A stretch of DNA of 55,204 nucleotides, filler included, from Asterionella formosa (Eukaryota): NCBI GenBank assembly GCA_002256025.1. It is 4 parts of 4 records of this genome, joined end to end, with 100 filler letters (N's around TTAATTAATTAA, not from the genome) between each part and the next. Parts side by side here need not be neighbours in the genome. Positions count along the whole stretch, not along the records: positions 13,834 to 27,561 come from NKIB01006466.1; positions 27,662 to 41,384 come from NKIB01006474.1; 2 more parts are not named here. One strand, written 5' to 3'. The notes beneath the pieces are model-generated. The model saw only the letters and a list, made by a program, of their open reading frames with translations. It did not search any database and was not told the DNA's origin. This document shows positions 22,500-34,853 of the stretch, one piece after another. The translations under genes were made by a program, and so were the position numbers. The number at the start of each line of letters is the position of its first letter. The first letter of the stretch is position 1.

Positions 22500-22905
22500 T
22501 AAACATGGTTTCAAATGTATTAGCCATGTATTCATTGATCTAAAGTTATTATAAATATATATATATTGTTGAGCACTTTTATCATAGATCAAAGAAGCCA
22601 AACTTTATATCGCACACCATGTGTATTCTATCATCACTTAAGCTTTTACATAACACAAATATATACAATGCACGAGGACATCATCATTGTTTTCCACAAC
22701 CTGATGTTCGTTTTTTGATTTTTTTGCGTATCAATTCTTCTACCTACAAGTCAGTGATTTATTATTTAAGCCCCTCAATTGCTTAGCAAGATTCATACAT
22801 CATTTTTCATATGGTACAAATCATATAGTAATTAGATGATTCATTTTCTCATATCATTGAAACTGTTCATCATATTATTAATATGCTTTGATCAAATGTT
22901 TAGAA
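22500..22905. repeat. AT-rich dispersed repeat; inverted partner at ~42745-43260
   Basis: Several blocks match as reverse complements, e.g. GCCCCTCAATT..TAGCAAGA.TCATACA vs TGTATGA.TCTTGCTAATTGAGGGGC, and ATGCTTTGATCAAA vs TTTGATCAAAGCAT. Confidence 0.7.
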
Positions 22906-23341
22906 TTACAGATCATAGTACGTTTTGGTAAAAGAGATTGCCAATAAAATTAGATCATGGATGAAAATATTTAGCTTTCTTGATCCTACTTTCAATATCC
23001 ATGTGACGGTAAACAATGCATATATATTTATACTTAAAAATATTCTCAATGATGATAAAAAAGATACATATCATATATCATATGATCGTCATTATAAGAT
23101 GCATTACACAAATAAGTTTTTTTCCATTTGCAGACGTAGCTAAAGTATTTTGGAAAGATTAAAATTTGCTAGCTATTTTTCAAAAAAATCATTATTCCAT
23201 AAAATGTGTGATAACCAGTATGCAGGTATCTGGTGCATGTATTAGTGGAAGCCGGTGGGAAGGAATTATTATCTAGAGGAGCACATACTTGCATTGTTAA
23301 ATATAACAGCATTTATGTAGGCCTATATGTACATCCCAATG

Positions 23342-23516
23342 AATTATAAAATGATAATCAAGGCAACTATTCATTCTGCTGCCTGCTGACAAGACCTGTG
23401 CTTCCCAAGTTTTGTTTGCATCGGTGAGTCCCCAACCATCTTTCATGAAACCCCTTTCATGAAAGGTTATCATCTTAGCCATCACAGCATTAGGGGAAAC
23501 TCCGATCACCTAGGAA
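23342..23516 (-). mobile_element. 5'-truncated copy of the SINE at 43670-44867
   Basis: Direct similarity to 43670-43858 (GGTGAGTCCCCAACCA, CACAGCATTAGGGGAAACTC, CCTAGGAA). It shares the same AATTATAAAATGATAATC end and lacks the tRNA head. Confidence 0.65.
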
Positions 23517-23869
23517 CTTTCCAAGAAGTACGCGAACTTCGCAGTAGAACGCGCGACTAGAATTTCGAATGATATGTCAAAAATAAAAAGCGAAGTCTGT
23601 ACGTCTGGTGGTTGCAACCTGAAGATCAATACAGTAAGATACATAGGCCTTAGTATAGATTTTCTTTTTCATTCTTTGATAATTAAGAGTAAGAAACTGT
23701 GACGCATACGAAAATTGATGCAAATTCTTTGATATAGATACATTGCCCTCCGCTCATTTCCCCTCAAATGGTATGTAACATCGATCTGTTGTCGTCGTTC
23801 ATGTTTGTTGATTTTGCTGCTTGCTTCTTGTTTGCTTCGTTGCTCTGTTGTTCGCTATGTTAGATTGTA

Positions 23870-24270
23870 GATATAGGTTGCCTTGCAGAAAGTTGTTGTC
23901 GAAATCCAGGGCACAGCGGTGTGTTTTGAATTGTTTGACAAGCTTCTCAATGCTGATGGGTCCGCTTCATGTGTTGTTGTGTCAACTTTGGCGTCCATCC
24001 TGCTGTCATCTTGTTGTTTGTCAAGATCTTTCCAAACCTTGAAGTATGTACATATATGTTGTCTTGTTGCTTGCCTTAAGAAGTGTCTTGTCCTTTTTGT
24101 TATTAACACTTTGTCTGTTTACATGCTCTCTCGCACCACAGACCTGAAATTCTCTTTACCCTTTTTACCCTTCAGAGAAACCAGACAGTAAAAATTCTTG
24201 GGGCAAGGCCAAGTAATTTTGATTCCCTCTCCTGCAATTCACAGTGACATTTCGGCGTTTGTTCAACAAG
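23870..24270 (-). pseudogene. Degraded C-terminal fragment of an IS630/Tc1-like DDE transposase
   Basis: Manual translation across a stop and frameshifts gives TPKCHCE/AGEGIKITWPCPKNFY...KENFRSVVRESM*...RHFLRQA..QHICTY...IEKLVKQFKTHRCALDFD. This matches the PK.HCEL..IE..W...K third-catalytic-residue motif. Confidence 0.6.
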
Positions 24271-24639
24271 TACTAATGTAATAACTGTTGTAGAAATTAT
24301 ATGAAACAACTTTTACTCTCTTCCTGTTATAATATCATGAATCGTGTTATTCAGTTTCCCACAAAGTTTTGAGTGGCATACATACCAGTACGAAAATCTT
24401 AAAAATTAATCGAAACCAATTAAACATATATTCATACATTGGGTACATGTATATAGTCTATCAAGAAATGTTAATGCGTTAGTTTTGCACCATCATCATC
24501 ATTTTTTTCAAAATGCATGTTGACATGATCGACGATATGCATGTTCCTGATGGTCAGATTATTGGCTTGATGGCAAGCAAAAATGGTCGCAGTTGCTCCC
24601 ATGGTCGACTTCTCTTTGTGTTTTTTTGGAGGTGGTCCT

Positions 24640-25130
24640 ACAAGAACTTGAGGATGCTATCCAGGTGCTGACCATAGACTGTGACCTCCATCCAGAAGGT
24701 CAAAGGTGAAGAGTTGGGTATCTTGCAATGCAGCCATAGTGGCGCTGGTGACGATTTTTGTTTCCATTGTCCCTGCTGGTCGATAAGTGGAAGTCCTTTG
24801 GGCTGCCACTTGGTGAAAAAATGGCCAAATGCAACACACAAACTTTGTTGTCGTCGAAACATGGACAAGTGACAGCAGAAAGGAACATTACCTTTTCGAT
24901 ATGATCTTTATCTCTTGTTCGCCTTGTGAGAGCCTCCTTTCCATGAGACAGATATATCTTCAACTTTTCCTCAGCAACAAAAATCCACTTTTCATCTATA
25001 TGGACCTGGTTGTAGAAGCCATTGTAATATCCAAACAGTCCTGGGTCGAAGTCAATGCCAGGGGAAGGATGTTCTTGATCGATTTCTGGAGAGAGGGAGT
25101 AACTGGTAGATACTAGTCTGGAATCATGAT
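24640..25130 (-). pseudogene. Degraded plant-type (DD39D) mariner transposase fragment
   Basis: VHIDEKWIF...KVMFLSAVTCP in ORF 24700-25197, then a frameshift to IWPFF...AAQRTSTYRPAGTMETK in ORF 24657-24839. These are characteristic DD39D motifs. Confidence 0.75.
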
Positions 25131-25484
25131 AAGTAGGGCTCCTTGATTTTTCACATTCCTTGTTCGTCATTGCCAATCTTGATTTTAAGATATGCACTTA
25201 ACCGATTCCATCATACCACCAATGAAATATATTATATATAGCTAGCTACTATGCATGACCAATTTATATTTGTTGGTGAGATGTAAGGCTAAAAAAGAAG
25301 ACATTCATGCAGATGAGCACACTCCAAAGTAAACGCTAACAATAAGCCATTTATCACATCTAGCTACTAAGTCCTGCAAGGAAGTGGTTGTGACAGGTGA
25401 AGGATTAGCAAAGAAGAGGCAGGAAGGGGTTTACATATTCGGACAAGGCTTGAATATAGCTATCTCATCATTGTTTTGCTCATT

Positions 25485-26204
25485 NNNNNNNNNNNNNNNN
25501 NNNNNNNNNNNNNNNNNNNNNNNNNNNNNNNNNNNNNNNNNNNNNNNNNNNNNNNNNNNNNNNNNNNNNNNNNNNNNNNNNNNNNNNNNNNNNNNNNNNN
25601 NNNNNNNNNNNNNNNNNNNNNNNNNNNNNNNNNNNNNNNNNNNNNNNNNNNNNNNNNNNNNNNNNNNNNNNNNNNNNNNNNNNNNNNNNNNNNNNNNNNN
25701 NNNNNNNNNNNNNNNNNNNNNNNNNNNNNNNNNNNNNNNNNNNNNNNNNNNNNNNNNNNNNNNNNNNNNNNNNNNNNNNNNNNNNNNNNNNNNNNNNNNN
25801 NNNNNNNNNNNNNNNNNNNNNNNNNNNNNNNNNNNNNNNNNNNNNNNNNNNNNNNNNNNNNNNNNNNNNNNNNNNNNNNNNNNNNNNNNNNNNNNNNNNN
25901 NNNNNNNNNNNNNNNNNNNNNNNNNNNNNNNNNNNNNNNNNNNNNNNNNNNNNNNNNNNNNNNNNNNNNNNNNNNNNNNNNNNNNNNNNNNNNNNNNNNN
26001 NNNNNNNNNNNNNNNNNNNNNNNNNNNNNNNNNNNNNNNNNNNNNNNNNNNNNNNNNNNNNNNNNNNNNNNNNNNNNNNNNNNNNNNNNNNNNNNNNNNN
26101 NNNNNNNNNNNNNNNNNNNNNNNNNNNNNNNNNNNNNNNNNNNNNNNNNNNNNNNNNNNNNNNNNNNNNNNNNNNNNNNNNNNNNNNNNNNNNNNNNNNN
26201 NNNN
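25485..26204. other. Assembly gap, 720 N
   Basis: Plain run of N without the stop cassette. Confidence 0.95.
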
Positions 26205-26215
26205 ATAGCGATGTC

Positions 26216-26791
26216 ATGCAAGTCGCAGCGACAAACAAATTCTTTCTCGAAAAAGTTCTTCCTCTGGTTCAAACCCTCTACATATTGACTCCCAACCAAC
26301 TTACGGTACCCCAGGCGCAACGATTCGCGAATGGCGGTGTCATCAGTGTTTATCTCGGCATCATTGATCGAATCAGCGGATCCGCAGACGCTGACGACCA
26401 GATCACGCACTGCATGGACTTTCTTGGTCACTTTCCAAAGCTGCAAGAAGTTCATTATGGTCAAATGTGCTACCGCCACAATACTGGCGATAGGGATATC
26501 TTTGTTACTTGGCGAGGGAAAAGAAATCTCACGTACAATCAGAATCCCTACCTCAGAACAATCAATGTGTGCCCAATGCGGGAACATTCTGATTCAAGAT
26601 TTGTGAAAATAGCGGAAATTCATCATGCGTTGTTGAATGCCGTCGATTCTGCAATTCAGAAAGGGCGGCTTCCGAAAACCGTTAAATTTTATGGCCTTGT
26701 TCCAATCAACAACGAGCCCATATGCCAGATTTGTGATAATATGAAAGAAAAGATGTTTCTAGGCAACGCAAAGAAACGAAAACATACTTAA
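26216..26791 (+). CDS. Hypothetical protein, probably 5'-incomplete (starts at the gap edge)
   Basis: 191-aa open frame with protein-like composition beginning 11 nt after the gap. No recognised domain. Confidence 0.45.
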   Translation: MQVAATNKFFLEKVLPLVQTLYILTPNQLTVPQAQRFANGGVISVYLGIIDRISGSADADDQITHCMDFLGHFPKLQEVHYGQMCYRHNTGDRDIFVTWRGKRNLTYNQNPYLRTINVCPMREHSDSRFVKIAEIHHALLNAVDSAIQKGRLPKTVKFYGLVPINNEPICQICDNMKEKMFLGNAKKRKHT

Positions 26792-26969
26792 AGGGGAAAC
26801 GAATAATAGATCAAAAACGATACATAATTACTTAAGTGGGATATATGTAACTTGATTTTGATTGATTTCCATTTGAAAATCAATAGCAATGAAATGAGAA
26901 TGCAAAATGATAGCAACGAAAACTGGTGAACAGCACAGTTTTTTACTTCGATAATGTCAGAGATCCTCA

Positions 26970-27182
26970 ATGACGGAAGTCTGAATCTAATTCTGTATTG
27001 CCCAAGGGAAAAGAATGATGTTCCCTGCATTTATGGTGAGTAGATCGAATTGGAAGGGAGTCACAAAAAAGCAGTCATGACGGAAGTCTGAGTCTAATTC
27101 TGCGTTGCCCGAGGGAAAAAGAATGACGTTCCCTGCATTTATGGGGAGTAGATCGAATTGGAAGGGAGTCACAAAAAAGCAG
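26970..27182. repeat. Tandem duplication, ~107-bp unit x2
   Basis: ATGACGGAAGTCTGA...GGAGTCACAAAAAAGCAG starts at 26970 and 27077. Confidence 0.9.
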
Positions 27183-27561
27183 GCAAGTGATGCTTTGGGC
27201 ATTATCTGCCAAAAGTCAGGCCATGTATGATTCACCTATCACGAAAAGCAATATGCAACAATGCAATCGTGACTCAACCTTAATAAATCCTTTCTGTGGC
27301 CCATTTCAAAATTTGCGTAGCAATGCGCAAACTGGCATCATTTGAGAGTTTTCGATCAGTCGAGAACTAGAGGCTACAATGAGGACCTTTAGTTCGATGT
27401 TTCAGTGAAGCATTGTAGCAATTACTGCCTAAAGGAGCGAGGTGGCAACTCAGGCAAGATTCCATTTTCAAGTCTAGGTGTGCCTGCCATTCAGGGCTAG
27501 GTTCAAACCTAAGATGGTCCCTTCTTAGCTGATCTTGGCATGAATTTTTATTTACAAAGCT

Positions 27562-27661
27562 NNNNNNNNNNNNNNNNNNNNNNNNNNNNNNNNNNNNNNN
27601 NNNNNTTAATTAATTAANNNNNNNNNNNNNNNNNNNNNNNNNNNNNNNNNNNNNNNNNNNN
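27562..27661. other. Artificial contig linker
   Basis: 44 N + TTAATTAATTAA + 44 N. Confidence 0.95.
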
Positions 27662-28274
27662 CTCCTTGTAATTATCATTATCGTGTGTAAACGCATGTGT
27701 GTCCACTATGATCCGAACGAGTGCGGGAGAGGAAGAGCACAGGAGACAAGACTTTTCTGCTGATGATGATGATTTGACAATGACAGCGACCTCAACATCA
27801 GAACAATCGAAAATTATGACAAAAGAAAAGCTGAGGAAGGACAAACAAAATATCTAAAGAAGCAAGTCAAAATGGTGATGTTTTGTTCGATGAGCGATAA
27901 TATTTAATTAGCTGTGTTTTAGTTAGCATCTAGTTTGGCCAGCTCGTGTTGTTTAAATGTTTGCAAACCGAGTAAATGGTGACAGTATAACGGTAGTTGC
28001 TGGACTTGGAGTACCGGAAGCTACTTGTATACTATTCAAAAATATTAATTAGCCAATAGAGTACCTGTATTTCAGGACCCATAGTCTACCTGCATTTAAC
28101 CTGAAAAAACAAATGTTAGCGTTGCCTGCATTGACAAGAATACACGACAAAGTTGGTGTCAAATGTTGACTCGAATCGTGACACCCGATGCTTCGCACAC
28201 CCAGTCACGACCTTATCATTGCAGAATCAATTCATCAATGTGCGAACCAGGCTCCTGGTACATTTCATTTGACT

Positions 28275-28955
28275 GGAAGGTCCACTAGCGCACATTTTTG
28301 GTGCCTTTTTCAGTTTCGACTCACTCATCTCATGCCTGCCAGACGAGATAGGCCAGCTTTTGATGGAAACAATATTCCCTAAGTTATTTAGTGAAAGGTA
28401 ACTCTTATTGGCTGATGATGATTTGCAGAATCCGTCTCTGAACACGACTCGGATTCGCTGACTGATGAATGTTTTCAGCTAACCATCTTCTAGCTTGCTT
28501 TGGAATACAAATCATAGGAATCCTACCTTTCTACATTTAGAACTTGCTGACAATGGCTAGAATATGCTGACAACGACTAGAATTTGCTGACAATGACTAG
28601 TCAGCAGTTTCTAGTCGTAGTCAGCAGTTTCGAGACATTGTCAGCAAATCCAACTAGTCAATGTCAGCAAGTTCTAGTAGTATAGGAACTTAGTAGGATT
28701 CCTATGTTGATTCCGAAGCTGGAAGACGGTTTGCTGAACACGTTCATCAGTCAGCAAATCTGATTTGTGTTCAGAGACTGATTCTTCAAATTTTCATCGC
28801 TAAATAAGAGTAAAAAGTTTTACTAAATTACTTAAGGAATATAATTTTCATGGAAAGCCAGTCTATCTCGGGCTCGTCCAGCAGGCATGAGACAATCTCT
28901 TGGGAGTGCGATGAAACTGAAAGGTGTGTATAGGACCTGCGCCACCAGACCTTCC
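28275..28955. repeat. Long imperfect palindrome (foldback) with a 20-bp minisatellite core
   Basis: Arms pair from TCTCATGCCTGC (28328) / GCAGGCATGAGA (28892) inward to the centre TGACTAGTCA (28594-28603). Weaker pairing extends out to GGAAGGTC/GACCTTCC. Confidence 0.85.
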
Positions 28956-31472
28956 TTAGGATGGCTGATTGACATGTAGGGCACCATAAGATAACCTGAG
29001 TCTCAGGTGCAACAAAAGGAGTGGCTAGGATCTCCAAGGCACGTTTTCAACCTTTCACATGCAACCTTTTGTGCTTCAAACATTTGTTGATAAAATGGGC
29101 AATTGAAAGTCATTGTAAAAAAATTTCTTAGCTAAATTAATATTCTTTTCATGATGACAATCGACCAAAGCGAAATGAGGGGTTGATTACTGTCGTTTTG
29201 ATTTTCAACTAATTATTTTAACAGTTACACATGTTTCTTTAACATCAAATTCCAAAAAAACAACACAAATATCCATGGTGCTGACCTACATTGATGAATT
29301 TCGTAAATTGGTGGTCCTCGTAATGGTAGACTCGTACAACACTGCAGACAGCCCCAGTATTTGAATGTGTACATTTTACTGTAGGTTGGTATATTCTTTT
29401 CGTTAATGAGCACAACAGTGTCTGTGTCCATTTTTAATGAATTAAATTTTCTTTTTGCAGCATCATCCTTGCACCTCATAATTGAAAAATCACGCCACCA
29501 AAAGGAAAATTTACAATGACAATAATTGACTCTGTGTGGTAATTTTGAAGCATTTTGAAGCAATGGTACTTCTTTCTGATCGTTTCCTTCTCAACCCCGT
29601 ACGTCCATCTTAATTTATAGACTTACATGAATATATTCAAGATTCAATCAAGAATGGGGGTCATTCTTTTAAAGCCCTTATTGTCGGTGATGTTTTGGTA
29701 TGCTGTTTTTGTTTCTTTTTTGCCTTTGTTCCACATTCTGGCTGAGTGAGCTATTGCTTCTCAAACTTCTACCGCCTCCTTCCTTAACTATATCCATTTA
29801 GGAATGAATTTTCAAGATTCAAACGAGAATGGGGATCGTTTCCAAGCCTCTTTGGTGGCGCTTTTCTTGGTATATTGTTTTCGTCTCCCTTTACATTTCC
29901 TCTTTCAATGAAGTCCAAAAAAACATTCAGTGATGAGCAACACATTTGATGGCATATCTAGTGAATCAATGAATAAGTAAAAAAAGGTAGTAAGGATGAT
30001 GAATGCAACGTTGATTCAAGCAAGGGCAAAGATTTCTGATTTTAAAGTCTCACTTTTATACTTGTCCCAGCCACCCTTGTTGTTATTCTCAGCAGATATT
30101 ACCACATCCAAACCATTATTGCTTGCTTCTTCGTCTTATTTATCTTTTCCATCGAGATTCAAGAAGAGCTGATGAACTGAGAGCGCTCCGGTTTTCAGGA
30201 GGCGTTGAAATAAATGTTTTCCTAGCTAAGACAAGCTAGGAGGAGAATGCTGCCCAATTTTGGCGTTGCTCTACTGCCTTTCTTTGCTTTAGGAGTGCCA
30301 GCATGATAGTTGCTTTGTTGCTGGGAATAAAATAGATTGTACACACTTAAGAATATTTACAACTATTAAGCAGCTGCTTGTATTTGGTTTGATTTCATTT
30401 GGATTTAGAATATAAATGATTTTTGCGAACAATATTTTTGTGGTTGAGGATCAAGAAATTATTCAATTGGAAGTACAAAAAAATGTCAGTTGGCCAATAA
30501 TGAAGGAAGTTATCGAAACTATTCTAGCTCACTTTTATCATATATATTGTATGATGAATAACATTTTATATGTGATGTCATGCCCTTAAACTATGTACGT
30601 AGCTAAGTTCGTCATTTTGGGCCGCCACCAAAATTATGAATTTGGGTTTTCTTTTTTGACTAGCGTTTTTTGTGGTGGTTTTAACAGTAATCAGCGTTGT
30701 AGATGAAACACATTATTACGTCTCAGTCAATCTGCAGCATGCACTTGTGATCAGATCAAGGGTTGTCTTCTGCAGCAGCAAGGGAGATTCCCTTTCGAAC
30801 ACCATATAATGTTTGCAAACATTCAAAACAAGCTTGATATGTTAGAAACAAAACTTGACTCAATTACAAAGGAGATCGAGATTATGTTTACACATATGAG
30901 GACAAGAAGGAAGCGCAAAACTGTGGTTGATGAGTACAGCTCCTGATTCACTACCATCTGGTCCACGGTCATGGATGATTGTTGGATGAGAAGAATTGGT
31001 TCTTGCAATTAGTATAGAGAAATATGTTAGAGTTTGCGAAATTGGTTGATTACAATGGCAAAGCGCACAGACCAATCATCTTGGTTCTTACCTTATTTCA
31101 TATTGGAGATGTCAAAAAGCATTTTATTTTCTGATAAACAAGCTAGACAACTTGTGTGAGCGTTTGCAATGAACAAAAGGCAAGAAATAAATGAAATAAC
31201 AATCAACATCATACCAATATAAGCGCCAGCAAAACAACCTTGACAACGACCTCAAGAATTCGTCGGTGAATCTTGAATTTTCTTTCATGAGAAGCTGTAA
31301 TTAAGAAAGGAGTAAGAGGTGTAAGAAGTAGAAGATCAGAAAGAGTCACAATCACATCAAACTGACCATGCAGAAGCAACCTTCATCATGGCGATTTCTT
31401 ATTTTGGCATCATTTTACAATTTATGTGGCGCAAGGATGATGATGATGATACTAGGGTACTGGTACCAGGTA

Positions 31473-34400
31473 CCAGTAAAAAACTGCCGTGACCCATTGA
31501 ACGCAGAATAACACGTCTTGCTGTCAAAACTTTAGTAAATTTAAGTTCTGAGAGTTCTGGCTCCTTCTCGAGCATGTAGGCTAGTCAGCTATGTATTTTG
31601 TTTGAGATTTGGAGTCAATTGTTCATCTCAATAGATTGCCGGAAATAGTGAATCGACAAAAAATCATAGAGAACACGGATTACGGTAAGTTTGGAGTTCT
31701 CATTGTCATATAATATACAACGATATGTACAAATATTTCGACATTGATTTAATTAGTGTCTGAACGTTAACCACATTTATAGCAATAAAGATTTTGTTTT
31801 GGTATTGAATTGTACAGAGATGGCAAATGATATGGGCGGGCCTATATCTGATTGAGGATTTTGATATATACGTATCTGTCAGTCCACAAAACATGAAAAA
31901 CAGTAAACAGCTATCACGCAAACCAGCATCACCATGCCGAAGTCAAGAAAAAGTCGAGCTTCCAGCATCAAGAAGGAGACAGAGGCACTTCATTATGCTC
32001 AGGTCGTTATTCAACGCAACATGCTTGGCATTGTTACAGAACTTGAAGCAATCAAGGCGAACAATAATGGAAAGCTCCCATACGGAGCCATTACCAACAT
32101 GGTGAAGGCTCAGAAGGTATACTTGCCTTGGCTTACCAAAAAAAAGTCGACTACTGGTTACGAAAGGCAGGTGCTAGTGCTGTCCCCAACATGGGTATAC
32201 TATCAGGAGATTCTCAGGCAGATATGCGCTCATTTTACTATTCAAGTAGTAGAACATCTACTTTGACAAGAGAAGAGGAGGATGACAAGCAACATGACAG
32301 TGGATGATAATATCAATGCTATTAATAGTATTGAATTATTTTCTACAACTATGACTACTGCTGCAGTTAGTGTTCCTGCAGTCATTCCCCATTCTTACTG
32401 GAGGCCGGCCAAAGGGAACCACTCAAATGGCATCAGCATCGATGCAAAGAAATATCGAAGAATGCATTGTCCAGTCGGCCACAGAATACATGAGGGCTAG
32501 AGAAGAAGTGCAGCAAAAGAACAAGAAATCAAGTAGATTCACACTTGCCTGCATAATTGGGGGGAGAAAAGAGGCGCTTGGTATTCCTCTTGGAGTTGAA
32601 ATAAATATAGAAACAGTGAGATCTCGGGCAAAACGCAAAAAACCCCAGGGAAAAACGAAGCTTCAACGTCACCAATGCTCGAAGTTGAGCCATACATTAT
32701 TGTGCTGATTGAACAACTCTCCAAAATGCGAGTCCCAATTACATGTCGGCAGGGACTGGAACTTGCTAACTCACTTGTGTCTGGTAAATCCATCATGGAA
32801 AATATTGTGCTGTGGAGGCAGAAACTTTGCATTTCATTCAGAGAGGATCCAATATTGTCTAAACCACTGGGATCAGGGTACTGGAGGAGATTCATGGGTC
32901 GCAATTGGCTTCATGTCAAGGCAAAGAAAGGTGTCAAATTCGATGGGAAGCGTGCTGACTGGTGCACATTAAGGAACTTTGAGCAGATGTATAGCAGAGA
33001 TGTGTATGAAGAAATGGCCAAGATGGGTATTGCGGAAAAGCTGGATGAAGAAGTGTGGTTGAATAAATCAGGAGATGTTGTTGCAAATGAGGAAGGAGCC
33101 CTGGGAATGAAAACAAAGTACATTTTGAAGCATCCCAACAAACTCATATTTGTTGATGAAGTCGGAAGTAACACCAGTCAGGCAAAAGATGGACAGAAGG
33201 GGGGTGAGAAAGTGTTATGTATTGGAACAGCGGCAAGACCACAACAACGAAGTGCTATGAAGGATGCGCATTTTACAGACTTGGGATTTACAGCTGCCGA
33301 AGGAACTCCAGTGATGTGTGCTATAATTTTTGCTGCCAAAGAGCTTGAAGTTAGTTGGGTACAGGGGCTTAACCCGTTTGTGGAATGGCATGGCAATGAG
33401 GACGACTTCAACCTAACAAACACTGGTAAAAGAAAAGCGATATCCCCAGGGACCTGTGTGTGTGCTAAATGGAAAGCATGTGCCCACTTTGTGTTGTTGT
33501 TCGGAATCAGGAAGCATTACTGCAGAAGTGTTGGTGAGAATGTTGGCCCAAATGGATTCTTTGGAATTGTTTGACCGCAGTGATGGATTAAACCCTTTCC
33601 TCATCCTAGAAGGACATGGCTGGCTCCAGATTCGATTGCTCCTTTCTCGAATATATCAACAGCCCTTTGACCCCATGGAGTGTGTGTATAGGTGTCCCTT
33701 ATGGAACCTCCTACTGGAAAGTCGGAGATTTGTCGGAGCAGAATGGAAGTTTCAAAATGGACATTGTTGCCCTTGTTTCAACTGCCTGGGGGAAAAGCTT
33801 TGCAAATAAAAGAACAAACAGAAAAGCAGTCTCAGAATGAGGATGGGGGCCTCTCAACTATAACCTTCTGCTCACTGCGGAAATGCAAAATACAAGCACT
33901 CAACTCAATTCATCACTTGCTGGAACCACAACCAACTCGAATGTAACACCTGAAATGCTGAATCTGACAGACGGATATTCTGGGTCATTGACAGAAAAAA
34001 TTGTTGCCTTTCGCAAGAGAGAATATGCAAGGGATGGAATAGATGCTGATGATCATGCAAGGAAACGAAAGGAAACAGCACATGCTGCAATAGATCAACA
34101 CAAAAGGATTTCTGCTGGACAACACTTTGCTGCTGGTAACTGTCAACTTGGTCCAGAACTTTGGTATCATGCAAAAGAAGTTATGAAAATACAACAGCTT
34201 GCACAAGACGAAAAGGAAAAGCGAGCAAATATTCGATTTCAAACAATGGTGGACAAGGTTGATGCTGTGAGAGCAACTGGAAAGCTGATTGAATCATACA
34301 ATGTCACTGAACTCAGAACTCTTAATATTTGGTATAAACGTGAGGGTGATGCAACAGTACCAAATACAAGGCAACAGCTGCTTCAAAGGTACATCGACAC

Positions 34401-34853
34401 TTGCCATCAAGGGGAGCAGATTCCACGAAATGCACTTGCTGCAGCACAGCTTCCTGATCCTCAGCATGCTGCTGAAGATGCAGGTGATGCTGTGACCAAT
34501 GGGATCGCAATGATCTGACCATTGGATTTGAAAGTTGGAGGAGCATCATGATGGTGGAAGGTGCGGCATCTTGAATATATGTTTTTAGTAAAAAGGTGTA
34601 ATGAAATAAAAGTGCATGAACACATGACCTAATTCGTCCTCGAAAATGTATATAAATTTATAGACATTTATTCAGAAAAAAGTATATACTGCCATGACCC
34701 ATTGAAATCACTTCTTAGCTGTTTTATTATCATCGTATCGATACTGTTCTGACACTATCGAACAGATGGGTCCGAAATTCGATAGAATTTACCTTTAGTC
34801 GGAGAAGTCAAACAAGCACCCTAACTGAAGGGGTCATGGCAGTTTTTTACTGG
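31473..34853 (+). mobile_element. Full-length pogo-like DNA transposon (3381 bp) with TIRs and TA target duplication
   Basis: TA|CCAGTAAAAAACTGCCGTGACCC ... GGGTCATGGCAGTTTTTTACTGG|TA. An extra TIR-core copy ACTGCCATGACCCATTGAA lies at ~34688. Contains a transposase. Confidence 0.9.
31934..34518 (+). pseudogene. Frameshifted pogo/DDE_1-type transposase
   Basis: Successive ORFs in shifting frames: GGRPKG, a CENP-B-like HTH (LGSGYWRRFMGRN), FVDEVGSNT (first D), LILEGHG (second D altered) and GDLSEQNGSFK (third D). Confidence 0.8.

Noticed and set aside
25384..26587. Long ORFs crossing the N run
   Set aside because: Artefacts of translating N as X.
29000..30330. Decayed gene with a ~177-bp internal duplication (29627/29804)
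   Set aside because: Similarity is short and no protein family could be recognised.
30820..31410. Small spliced gene on the minus strand
   Set aside because: Splice-like signals exist, but I could not assemble a convincing reading frame or recognisable product.
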